From Azolla caroliniana (Eukaryota > Plantae > Polypodiophyta), in NCBI GenBank assembly GCA_043228905.1, contig JBHGNT010000012.1, positions 2,108,001 through 2,172,000 on the forward strand: 64,000 nt of DNA. The letters run 5' to 3'. Position numbers and translations under genes: made by a program. The first letter of the stretch is position 1. Each line of letters begins with the position of its first letter. The notes under the pieces were generated by a model, which was not told the DNA's origin, did no database searches, and saw nothing but the letters and a program-made list of their open reading frames with translations. Shown piece after piece: positions 39,900-52,149 of this stretch.

Positions 39900-41010
39900 G
39901 CTAAGGCGGAACCCCATTAGAAGTTGTGGCTCTATGGTTGTGGCCCCCTCACGGAACTAGAATGGGACCCAGGGATTTCAGGTGGAAACATGGCAGAAGA
40001 TTGTGCGCCACTTCTTCGATTAGAGCATTAAATTGGGTCGGGCTTTACAACTGTAGTTGGATGGTTCCCTATCCCTTACGAGGTGCTAGTACCTTTTGGA
40101 AGGGTCTCTAGTATCTCTACGTGCCTGAGAAGATCAAGCTATTTTGGTGGCAGATCGGCCATAGCGTGGTCCTCGTTGACGAATGGCTACGTAAGCATGG
40201 CGGTTGGATAGTGTGCCCACTCTATTCTTCATCTATTGAGACTCTGAGACATTGTTTGTGGGATTGTCGTCAAGCTCAGAGGGAGGGTATGGTACACAAC
40301 GACTCGCCTCTTAGTTGCTTAGCGGTTTTGATCGATCTCTCGATTGATAGCTAGATGAATGCCTTCAATGCAAACACTTGGTGCTATGAATGCACAAGAG
40401 GTAATTTAACTTGTCAAGTCCTTATTTGAGAGAGGCTTGAAGATTGCATTCCCTCGATTTTAGTAGATTTAGATGTTGCTCGCAGGCTTCACCCTGTGGT
40501 ATGTATGGAAAACACGTTGTTTAAAGGTCTTACAAGATTTGGTACACCCCTTAGAGGAATTGATAATGGATATATGGTTCAAAATTATCAGATTGTTGCC
40601 TACGAGGGTAATTAAACTAGGTTTGCGGCCACTCCAACGGCGTGGTCACTGCCCGTTTGCGTTTCTGGCAAAAATGTGAGAACATGCCGATGATGACACA
40701 AAGAGGAAACGGCTGGAGGTGGAACTACCAACCCCCACACTGGTTGTTTTCTACTCACCTCCTACACTCCCTTCATTGTAGGCCACAGGATCCGACTTGT
40801 ATTGGCCGGTGATGAAGGGCACTAGTTTATAGGTATAGGTACTTACTTACATTAAGTAGTCAGTTCGAAAGGATATGTACATAGTCTCATATACTTGAAC
40901 TCGGTTGGAGGGTGATTCCCCGATTTATGTGTAAGTCACCTTGTATAGTCTTTCTATAATAATGTCTCCTAAATAATGGGAAAGTAGCTTCTTTTTGGAA
41001 AAAAAAACAT
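39900..41010 (+). mobile_element. L1-clade LINE 3' remnant with poly(A)
   Basis: PEKIKLFWWQIGH..CPLYSSSIETLRHCLWDC (zf-RVT), GFTLWYVWKTRCLKV, WNYQPPHWLF-like end, and an A tract at ~40999-41007. Confidence 0.8.
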
Positions 41011-42272
41011 ATATCTTGAAAATGAATTCAATATTATTATAAATGCAACTATTTAACAATACTAACTAGCTAATAGTAGTACTTATAACTTCGGTTTAAT
41101 GTGGCAGGTTTGCTATGTGTTAAAGAGGAGTATTAAGATTTCTTGGGTGAACACATTACCATAGTGTTATGTGAAGTTAACATTTGTGAAACTCAGCTTA
41201 TGCATTGTGCGATGCACCCTGTTTTTTACTACATACATCTCATTGCAAATCTTCAATAGTCTTGAGTTCCTAGTATGAGCATGCTTCACATGTTTGTCTC
41301 TCAATCTAAATAATTTGTCTTTGCCTAATACATACTCAAAATAATTAAGGTTGTGTGCTTGTATTATATTTCTATGTGAGGTTGTTTATTTATATATTTA
41401 TGCATAAAAATATTCGTCGTTATATTAATACTCTAGGTTAAGGTAAAAAGTATTTCAAAATATATGTTCTTTTATGTCCGTATAGAAATTTATTTGTCAC
41501 ACAAAAAGTGCACCATTCTAATGGGAATATTCTAAGCCTTTACATCATGTCGAACAAGAGGAAAACGGAACATTTAAGGGAGAGCCAAGCTAGTCATATC
41601 TTGGCCTTGTTTTTGGGAATTTGATAGAAGTTTAATGGATGTCAATGGACTAGAGACCAGATACTCGCTTGCCAAAGTTGGGGTAATGTATGTATGTATG
41701 TTCAATGTACTAGAAGCTTGAAGTTGGGGTAATGTGTGCCCCAGGATCAAACCTCACACAAATGAAGCAGCGATGACCAAATAATAAATGCGATATGTTC
41801 TCTATAAGGATCACTTCTCTTTTACGTAAATGTCTGATGATAGTAGTAATAGGATTTACCTTGGATTAACATTTTCTTATTGCGTTAATTGCTATTGTCC
41901 ACTCATAAAAGCATCTATTTTCATATATTTCACTTGTGCTACAATATGCATTACTATTGAGATATTCCAACAAGAAAACCATGTAACATTTTCGATGCAT
42001 TTGAGTTTTGCATTTTAAGATCAAAATTTAAGAGTATTAAACGATTATTTTGTGTTCTGTAAATTGTCTATTTGTCATTCTAATACAAGCCAATTAGCAT
42101 CAATAAGTAAAACCTTGTTGTTTTATCATGTTAAATAAGGGTGTGAAACTTGTTACATTGGAAACCAATTTTTTCCTTGATGGTGTTAAACTTAGCGGGT
42201 AAGCAATGAGAATACTTGCCTAAACTTTCTTTAAAGTGCAATTAGTTTGACTGTTTATAACATTGGATCATA

Positions 42273-42309
<37 letters not shown>

Positions 42310-42534
42310 GGTAAATATTTTCTTTTAATTTGACAAGAGAAATGGTTTTCCTTTATATCAATTTGGTTTTTTTATATTCTTTCTCAAGAATCCTTTTTTT
42401 AGCATCATTTTTTCAAGATTTTTTAGGGTTAAATCTCAAAATAAATATCGCTTTGAAATGTACTATGTGTTGATCAAATGGTTGTAGTTCAATGATAGGT
42501 TGTGCAATAGATGTCAAAGACGATAAGATTCAGG

Positions 42535-42835
42535 TAAATAAACAAAAACTTACAAGCATTTGGGGAACTAAAGAAAAAATTGCAAGGGCTTTTTTTAACT
42601 ATCTTTTCTCTTCATTTGATTATCATTATAGTGCCTTCTTTTGATAAGGTAAAAACTCTTTCGAAAGTGCAAACATTAATAGCTCATAGTCAAGTTTCTC
42701 CAATAAGATTTGGGGAATAACAAAACCTTAGGGGCATTTGAGGAAGTAAAGAAAAAACTCAAAAGTGCATTTGTAAGTCATTCGGTTCATTTGATTATCA
42801 CCTTGTGACTTTTTTTAACAAGGTAAAATCATTTT
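42535..42835. repeat. diverged ~180-bp tandem duplication
   Basis: aacaaaa.ctta..gcattt..ggaa.taaagaaaaa...ttcatttgattatca...aaggtaaaa at ~42540 and ~42718. Confidence 0.7.
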
Positions 42836-44063
42836 TTTGAACAATGTTAAAATGTGAAAGATTGACTAACTTTCTCATCATCATCAAGTTAATGCATTGA
42901 TATTTTTTTCCATTTATTTTTATCTCCTTAGGGACCTCAAGGGCACGACTTGGATTGTACTTTCAAATTGTCCCACAAGTTGCAACTTGCAATCAACAAA
43001 CATTTCTTAGACATTGGTATAACTTCCCCAAGGCGAGGAACGAAACTGCCAGCCATCTACCCTTGTTTAAGACCACAACTTTATTCATCAAGAGCATGGG
43101 CATAGACATTGTGGTTAAATATGTGCAATGAATTCCATAGAATTCAAGTTCCAATATCCAAATTTCCCATATAAAGCAATCTTTTGAGCATAGATCTAGA
43201 GATCCTCTCTTTCTTTCAAATTCTCACAATCCCATTTGAAGAATGAGTCCATAAACCTTAAACCGCTAAAAACCAACACAAATATAATGGGCACCCAATC
43301 CACTAAATAACTCAAAATATCCTACAGAACTAATCACATGACGATGTTACCTTACCTTCAGGCATCAAAGTTGAAGTTAACATATGGATGCAATGAAGCA
43401 CACCATGTGAATTGTGTGATACATCATAACCAATTGGATCCTTTGTTCTACTAGAATTCGAAGTGTTCATTGTTTTTGATACAAAGCCACAGTGTTTTGG
43501 AGGATACATGACCTCAAAATGGTCACAATGAGTTTTCATAATGAAATAGCAAACCAGTCTCAAAACTTTTCCTAAAGCTTTACCACACAACATGTTTATT
43601 TAGTTGAATTCCAAATTACAAAACCTTGACCATTGGCCTGTATAAAGTCTCAGTTATGATATATATAAGCAGTGCTATGTAATGTTTAATTATCTCTTTG
43701 TTTTCCTTATTTTTGATTCATGTATAACCATTGGAGATGGAAATTAAAGCTATAATAGTTGGCCTCCAATATAGTACAAAAGCCTTAATAGGAAATTTTG
43801 CAATATAGCAGTATACAAAAATCGGACACTATAAAAATACATGATTTCCTTGTTTATGGGCACCAATCGATCATTTCATCGACAGTTGCATGCCATCCAC
43901 ATAAAGGAATATCAAGGTTATCTTTGCACCAAGTTATAATTTTAGGACCATGAACCAATTTTTCACCTTTCCCCATCTTTGTGCTCCTCACTGATGGCTT
44001 CCAAGAACATTGGATTGAATCGAATTTCGAAAAGAAAGAAGGTACCAAGAAAGGCCCATTTCC

Positions 44064-47000
44064 TCATGAGAATCCCCCCACCATTAGCTCATTAAGTACA
44101 TTTCTCATCTTATCGAGTGTTAGCGGCCTCACCACAACATAATCAATCCCCAGGCCTGCATATCTGTCTCTCGTAAAGCGGTCTGAATTTGCTGTCAGAG
44201 CAACAATCAAAGGCTTGTCGGACCCTGGGTGGAACCTTTCCCGGACAAGCACTGCGACTTCGAGACCTTCCAAATTTGGTAAAGAGAGGTCTACTAGAAG
44301 AATCTTATACGGTGGGACCGCATGGGAAAGAATTTGCAAGGTTTCGCTACCTGAGCTCGCAAAGGTTACATCGCAACCAAGGCGATGTAAGAGTCCCTTA
44401 GTAATTGCCCGGTTTCCACTACAAACAATACATAAACAAATGGGAAGCTATCTTATATCATCTCCAATGTCAAACACTCTTTATTTATACTATAACTTTA
44501 TAAATCCATACATCTTCTACAATATCTGCATGTCCAGCATTATTCATTTGCCCTATCAGACCATAACATGCATCGAGGAGCCTGGTGCAGTTTTTGTCAG
44601 ACAAAAAATGTGATGGCATTAAGAGTAATCAAAACCCCAGTGTCAATTAACCACCATATATATTTGAGTTGATATCCAATAATAAAGAAGTATATGGTCC
44701 ACCCAGGAGATTCGATCTCATTTCTTCTATGTTTCTATCCAATATATTAGTTTTACACATGTAGTTCCACAAGCACAGGTAATGCTTTAAGCCAAACATA
44801 GATTGGAATGATAGATATGACTGATGCCTGAACACAATGTTGAATCCCAAGACAGTTCGATGGGAGCCTGGGATGTTCAACCTAATGTGACAAGTCTATA
44901 ATAAGAGATCAGACCTCCCAGGTGTGAGTGCGTCATACTCTCAGGTAGAGGGAAGGTTAAAAAAAATACTATAAGAATGGAGGGACCCGGAGCCCTCATT
45001 TGGATCAAATTGAGTGATCAGTGCACTTGGAACTCCGTGACAGACATGCATAAGGGAATCGCAGATTGAGGGAAATTTAGTTTTAAGAGTTGCAAGAAAA
45101 AAAAATTACTTACGGATTATCATCGACTACTAAGACCCGGACCCCAGAAGATTCGCCCCACATGTTGTTTAAAGGCGCAGATGGTAGAGCCAGTTGTTGT
45201 TGTTGCATGTCACCTGAAAAATGTTCTGGAAGTTGCAACTTCACAATGAATGTCACAATGCACCCTTTCCCAAGCCCTTCACTTTCTATCCAAATGTGGC
45301 CATCCATCAAGTTCACAAACCTGAAAGAAAATAATAATATAATAATGAATGAAATTTTGTAAAAACTTCTAGTACAAAAAACTATGTAAATGTAAAAAGA
45401 AATTGCGAGTGCACATGCTTTTCTTTCGTGCACAAATAATAGCATACACTCTTTCACCTCTTGCAAATTGCTAATCCAAGGCCAGTTCCTCCACAACTCC
45501 TTGTGACTGCTGAATCCACTTGCACAAACTTGTTAAACAACCTTGGAATATCCGCAGGATTCACACCTACACCAGTATCTCGAACCTTCAAAAGAATGAA
45601 AACCCCAGTATCAGTAAATGATACCTTTGTAAAAATCTATATTTTGAAAATGGAAAACAGAAACATAATATTCTATTATTCACTTCAATACAACTTAGAA
45701 ATTTGCCCATTACGTTGTCTGAAATAGCATTTCTGGCCTTAAGCAAATTATATTCTTTAGGAGATTTGCGTAAAAAAATGAAGACAGGGAAACACTCTTT
45801 ATCAAATATAAATAAAAACCACCTTTACTATAGCACTGGTTTTTTTGGTCACTTAACAAGAAAATATTTACTTAGTCTATTTCGACTTTTGCTATTAGAC
45901 GAAGTATATGTTAGAATACAATGATTGGATAACTGGAGGATTTCAAACCAAATTGCATTATAGGAGATTGCTTTAAACAATATAAATTGCATATTAATTC
46001 TACCGAATATGCTAGACACTACAGTGGAAGGATTTCTGCTATTTGATGGAATATATACTAGAACATTAATCACAGAATTCAATCAAAATTGCTTGGATTA
46101 GGAGATTGCTTCAACTGCTAATCGACATTATGTATGATAAATACTGTAAAAGGACAATTTCGAATCCAATGGCTTGATAAGGAAATTGCTTTATTCTACA
46201 TCAAATGCAGATTAATGCAGTATAAACTAGAGACTATAATTGCTTGATTAGGAGATTTCTCAGTCTACTTTGATTGCTAATCAATTCAGTATATGCTAGA
46301 CAGAATATTCGATATAATTTCTTGATTAGGAGATGCACAATATGGTAGAACATCCTCCTTTCATTCCCTTGACATTTGTTAAGGGCTAGAAGTGATAGAA
46401 AAGGCATGAACTTATTTATATGATCAAACATTTGACTATCGATCAAAATATGGGTTATTTGGAACAACTTTAACAAACTAATTAACTTCTTTACCTGTAC
46501 TCTGAGGAAGAAATGCCCATTCTCTTGAGCAAGACGAAAATCAGGGAATCGAGGATCTCGAGTATATTCTTGTCTTTCCAAGCAAACCATCACAACCACA
46601 CTGCCCTCTTTCGTAAACTTTACAGCATTACCAACCACATTTAATGTGGTTTGCATCAAACGTTTATCATCACCAATAGCATAATCAGGAAGATCTGGAG
46701 CCAGTTGTAATGTAACAGAAAGCTTCTTTACAGATGCAATTGGTTTTACTAAGTTTAGCACCTATCATAGAGCAAACTTCTAAATATCAGCAACTTTTTC
46801 CAAAAACTTTTAAGCCAAAAACAGACAAATATTCTTCACTTTTCGGACATTTGCCGGAATGGCCCTAAGTTTGTTAAAGCTTTACTAGAATAGCCATTAG
46901 TTTTTCCAAACTTTACCAGAATACCTATTTGATGTACATGATTTACTGTTATAGATGGATATTTTGGTGCTTTGCGCAAAATGTAATTAGTATGTACCTC

Positions 47001-48591
47001 TCCAAAAGTTGCCGGCAAGTTGAATGTATGCATATCTAATTCGAGGCTCCCATCTTCAAGGCGTGACATGTCAAGTACATCATTTATCAAAGTAGCAAGA
47101 AGATTGCTACTCTTAAGTACAGTCTCTACCATTGACCTTTGCTCTGGAGTCAAGTCTGTCTCTTTCAAAAGTGATGTAAATGCAATGATTGCATTCATTG
47201 GTGTTCGCATTTCATGATTCATTACAGCAAGAAAATCATTCCGTGCCCGAATCGCTGTCTCTGCTTCCCTCTTCGCCATATGCAAATTAACATTTTGTTG
47301 CATGAGAAGATCTCGAGCTCTCTTTGACTCTTCCAAGATTGCAGCATGCGACAATGCAACCGCAACCTATGGCAAACAAGAACACCAGCAAAAGATAGAT
47401 GATTATTGTCTTGGTTGTAGTGGATTTAACTCGCATTTATTAGCACTGCCTCTCCAGGGGGTGGACTATTGTTCTGTTACATTTGACTGTATATAAATTT
47501 GAAGCACTACAAGATTGGAATACATTAAAAGGAAATGCACACACACGCCTTTTTCTGTATGTGCACATACATGCCTTCACTATGCAGCTTTTTATTTTTA
47601 ACGTCACTAATATTATAAGAACAGAGGGGAGGCAGTTCATCACAACGTAAACATTTGACTAGAAAAACAAAATTGGATACCAAACCTGCTCAGCCACCAC
47701 CTCCACTAATTCCAGCTCATGGACATGCCAGCGGCGAGCACTGTCCGATGGAAGCATAAGAACCATAACTGCATACGACTTTTTTGAAGGATCTGGCCAA
47801 TCCGCGATTTGAAAATTATTAGGGTGTAGCAATGGCACACGCATTGCCACCACATCCCCTGTCATATATTTTCCTGTCTTCGGCCTTGACATTGCTATGG
47901 GACTATTTGGGGAGATAACCATAGCTCGATGACTGCTAAAAACTTGCTTAATACTTGGATGATGGATGGGCACTATCATCGATACTGATTTCTGGGGTTG
48001 GAGAGTATGAGAGAGCTCCAATTCAAGACCACTTCGGGTCGGCATCCATAGTGCACATTCCTCTAAGGCCAAGGTCTTTCCTAATTCCACCAGTGTTGTA
48101 TTCAATATCATATGCCGATCTAATGTGCTCCGAATCCCTTGAGTGAGCATTCTTACATGTCTACCTGTCTCTTCTTGTGTGCGAATCAAACCCATCTCTC
48201 GATCAAGCTCTGCAGCTTTGTTCTTCAGAAAGAGCTCTCTTGTTTTCACACTTAAAAGGTCAGGAATGATGTGAACAAGCATGAGGGCAGTGGCACATGA
48301 AACTACAGCTGTTAGTGCTTTCGAAGCAGTCATCACCAAAGCTACAGTTCGAGAATGTGCTGTGAATGTCCATAAATTGATCAAATGGGTGGCGCCACAA
48401 AGTACTATAAAGGCTCCAAACTGGACTAACACCCATCTGTACGGAAATACTGCTGATTTCTTTACAAAATATATAAGCTCCAAAGGTATGGAGAAGTAAG
48501 CCAAGGCAATGAAAAAATCTGAGATATACTGGTATCTCATAAAAAGATCATCAGGCGGCCAGAGCGGATCCACACAGTTGCAAGAGTCCAT
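44064..48591 (-). CDS. ETR1: ethylene receptor, subfamily I, with ethylene-binding, GAF, His-kinase and receiver domains, 743 aa
   Basis: Exons 48591-47686, 47366-46998, 46761-46495, 45585-45458, 45320-45114 and 44418-44064 sum to 2232 nt. Motifs: [35 protein letters not shown] (Cu ligands), H-box NHEMRTP, N-box [10 protein letters not shown]1 DTGVG, G2 GTGLGLAIC, receiver VLVVDDN and LLVDLSLP. Confidence 0.96.
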
Positions 48592-48599
48592 CAGGTGAA

Positions 48600-49651
48600 C
48601 TGTACAAACAGAATAACAGCCACCATTCAATAGGATCATGTCTTCTCTACTTTCAAAGTTATTTGTAACATTTTTGACATACAAAGCTTGATTAAGCATT
48701 TCAAAAGAAGCTCTTCTACTCTAGGTTCAAATTTAATCTGTGACAGTTTTTGACATACAATGGTTCTTTAAACATTCACAGGATTTTTTCTCTGCTTTCA
48801 AACTTGAGAACTTCTTCCCTATTTTCAAACTTGATCTGTAACATTTTTTGACACATATATGCTGCCTTAAGCATTTAAACGAAGTTCTTCTTCTCTATTT
48901 TCAAAGAAAATCTGTAAAATTTTGACATACAAGCCCATGCTTACCCATTCAAAAGCAGAACCCTTCTTCTTTACTTTCACATTAGTATGTAACATCTTGA
49001 CATACAAACCCTTGCTTGGAGCATGTGAAGCCAGGGTGAAGTGTGGCAAAGTGGAATATACAAAGCGTTGTAAATGGTATCATTGTGGTCTATGTCAGAT
49101 CACTGAGGTCTAGATTTAGCCAGAGATTCCCCTAATTTGGAAGGAAAAACTCAATAAATCATATCAGTGAGGTTTAAAGCATACTAGCAAAGTCTAAATG
49201 GCATCAAGATGTCTAGATGGGGTATCAACAAGGTTAAAATGTTATCAATGTGGTTTAGATTGTATCAGTGAGGTATAAATTTAGTGAGTAAGTTTATAAA
49301 AGTATGAACATCTAAATGGTATCAGTGAAGTCCAAAATGGTATCAACAAGGTCTTAAATGTTACCCCGAATAAGTCTAAACATGGTATCAACAAGGTCTT
49401 AAATGTTACCCCGAATAAGTCTAAACATGGTATCAGTGAGGTCTAATTCTAGATGAAATTTCATTCAAATCTAGCATAAAAACCACAGTTCCAAATGGTA
49501 TGAGTGAGGTCCATAAACTAGTTAACAAACACTCCAAACATAATGCCGAAAATGCCACTAAACTTGTTGGGAAGAGCTCTGCCAAATTAGCAAAATCTTA
49601 CACATGTATAAAAACAAAAACACAAAAGAGGGTAAAAAGAAGTCAGCATAC
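48600..49651 (-). other. 5' UTR intron of ETR1, largely two minisatellite arrays
   Basis: Donor GAG|GTATGC at 49652/49651 and acceptor gtacag| at 48600, 8 nt before the ATG. ~65-70-bp units (tcttctct..ttcaaa..tgtaacatttttgacataca) at 48640-49025 and ~35-bp units (tggtatcagtgaggtctaaa) at 49070-49520. Confidence 0.7.
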
Positions 49652-50307
49652 CTCAGAATGTTTTCGATAAATCAGGGGCAGGGCTTTGTTTCTCCGTCCA
49701 ACCAGAGATGAGGTGATCTTTCCCAACAAATTCAGAGGCAGAGCTTTTCTTTCCAACAAGTTAGAGATGAGATATTTTGTCTTCCTGAACAATCAGGATT
49801 GAGGAGGGGGTTTCCCGATCAATCATAGGCTTCGAAAAGAAAAAAAACAGAGACGGGTATTTTTGTTTGAGCCCACAGAGATCTCAGCGCCTAGAAGAGG
49901 AAGTATTTTTACAGATCTATAGAAAAACTCAGATTTTTCTGTTCTGGCCAAAGAAAACATGGATAAGTATGATAGATGAACAAGCTCATCTGCTAGAACA
50001 ACAATAAGAAGAAAAATCCTCTGTTTTCTCTGATCTGATGGTCTCATACAGCTACAATTTATATCAGAGTGTTGTTTTGTTTTGTTTTGTCATGCAGCTA
50101 AAATTACATTAGGGTTATGTTCTCATCCAAAGATGTGTTAGGGTTTCCCTAACAGGATAGACAAACAGACAGACCTAAACATATAGAAAAAGCTTCAGTG
50201 AACTCAAATCCATTCTCTCTGATGGGTGGTATATATGTATATGTACATAAAACAAAAGAGGCTGAGACAAACAACAGGTATTCCTTCTACTTGGGTTCTC
50301 TTTTGAC

Positions 50308-50353
<46 letters not shown>

Positions 50354-50574
50354 TTCTCTGTTTCTCTGTCTCTGTATCTGTCTCACACACACACACACAC
50401 ACACACAAATCACAAAGATTCGGAAGTGAAGAAGGCCTTGGGACCATTGTGCTTGGACAGGAGGATCCTTCTTCTTCTTCTTCTTCTTCTCTCCCGGACA
50501 TCGTCCTGACCTGGGCCGATGGACCTGGACAAATCTCTCGCTCGCTCTCTACCTGTCTCTCTCACCTTTCTTTT

Positions 50575-51160
50575 TTTGTAATTAGCTTACCCTAGTGGTC
50601 AATTGTTACACTATTCGCACTATGTCTTGGGTTCGAAACCCAATCTCTCGCCTCTCTATTCTATTGCCTCATAGAATATATCTCTTAATTTACTAAGAGA
50701 AATGCCATTGTGGAAATGTAAGGGTTGAACCCATGACCTCTCTCTTCTTCTTTTTCGTAATTACCTTACCCTAGTGGCAAGTTGTTAACCCTACAACCAT
50801 TGGGTCGTGGGTTCTAAACCCAAATTCCTCACCTCGCTATTATATACTTCATATAGATCTCTTAATTCACTAGATGCCACTGTGGAATGTAGGGGTTGAA
50901 CCCATGACCACCTTACCAACTGAGCTACATCAATTTGGGCTCCTATGACCTCTCTCTCTTTCGTAATTAGCTTACCCTAATGGTGAGTTGTTTACACTAC
51001 ATCTTGGGTTTGAAGATCCCAGTTTTCTCACCTCTCTATTACTCCATTAGTTGTTTCAGTATATGCCACTGTGGAGTGTAGGGGTTGAACCCATGACCAC
51101 CTAGCCTCCATTGGGCGACCTTACCAACTAAGCTACATCCATCTAGGCCCTCTCTGTCTC
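50575..51160. mobile_element. three-copy tandem array of tRNA-derived SINE-like heads in convergent orientation
   Basis: Units start at ~50577, 50756 and 50961. The + strand has a B-box-like GGGTTCGAAACCC (50629-50641). The - strand reads GGATGTAGCTTAGTTGGTAAGG...GGGTTCAACCCC (51140-51081), giving A and B boxes. Confidence 0.65.
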
Positions 51161-51248
51161 TCTTGGTCTTAGAAGACATTAATATTTCTTTCTTTCTCGC
51201 GGACACTCTCCTGACTTGGCCAAAGTAGGAACACCCAATCGAGCTTTG

Positions 51249-51313
<65 letters not shown>
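51249..51313. repeat. (CT)n microsatellite
   Basis: About 32 CT units. Similar tracts occur at 35182-35215, 36625-36680 and 50310-50410, and (TA)n at 42277-42306. Confidence 0.95.
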
Positions 51314-51315
<2 letters not shown>

Positions 51316-52149
51316 GACACACTTCTAATTGGGCTCTTGCCAATGTTGTGCTGGTTTAACCTTCTTTCTTTCTTTCTCTTTTTTTGGGGGGGGCAAGGTT
51401 GTACATCCTTTGATTGTTGGCTTGCTACATCAAGTGGCGTGTGTGCCTTAATCCATCTCTTGTTCTTTCTTTCCGATGAGGACCCCCCCTGTCCCTTGTA
51501 TTTAAACCCAGCCTCCCTTTATAGATGACATGTTGTTGTTGCCCACATCATGTATATGCGGCATAAATCGAGGACATTGAATACAAAGTAAGGACATATG
51601 GGCACTCATTCTTTCTCACTGTCAATATCCATGATGCATGTCATTTTGTGATGAAGGAATGGCCTCTATCCAAAGTTCTTGTCAATTTATGTTTTCCTTG
51701 TGTGCGTGATGTGGATGGAGGTTTCAATTGGTAGGATCAAGAAGCCCATAGATTGCAGGCCCTACAATAAACAATTGTGTGACGTTTGGGCTTAAGGTGT
51801 CTTCTAACTTGTAGACTACAAACTTTCTCTTTCCACGTTGCAAATAGACGGCAAATATAGTGTTAGTGAAACCTTCATTTTTTACTCTTACCTCATGCCA
51901 CTCTAGAAATCACATTCTCGTACGATTTAAAGAGTCACGATATGTAAGCATACTCACGTTTTCGTATGAGGATAGAGGAAGCACGATCACGATACAATGT
52001 TATTCTTGCTTCGTAAACTCCATGTTGGTAAAAGTATGAGCATAGTTACCTATAGTGATTGTTTTCTTGTTCTTCTCCTAAAATTTTCAATTCTTTGATA
52101 CTAGGTTTCTAAGTCAAAACTATTGAGTTCTCACTTTCTCTATGGCTAT

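Noticed and set aside
51064-51140. Possible functional tRNA gene
   Set aside because: A and B boxes are present, but the acceptor and anticodon stems are not canonical and the neighbouring copies are partly deleted, so I treat it as SINE-like.
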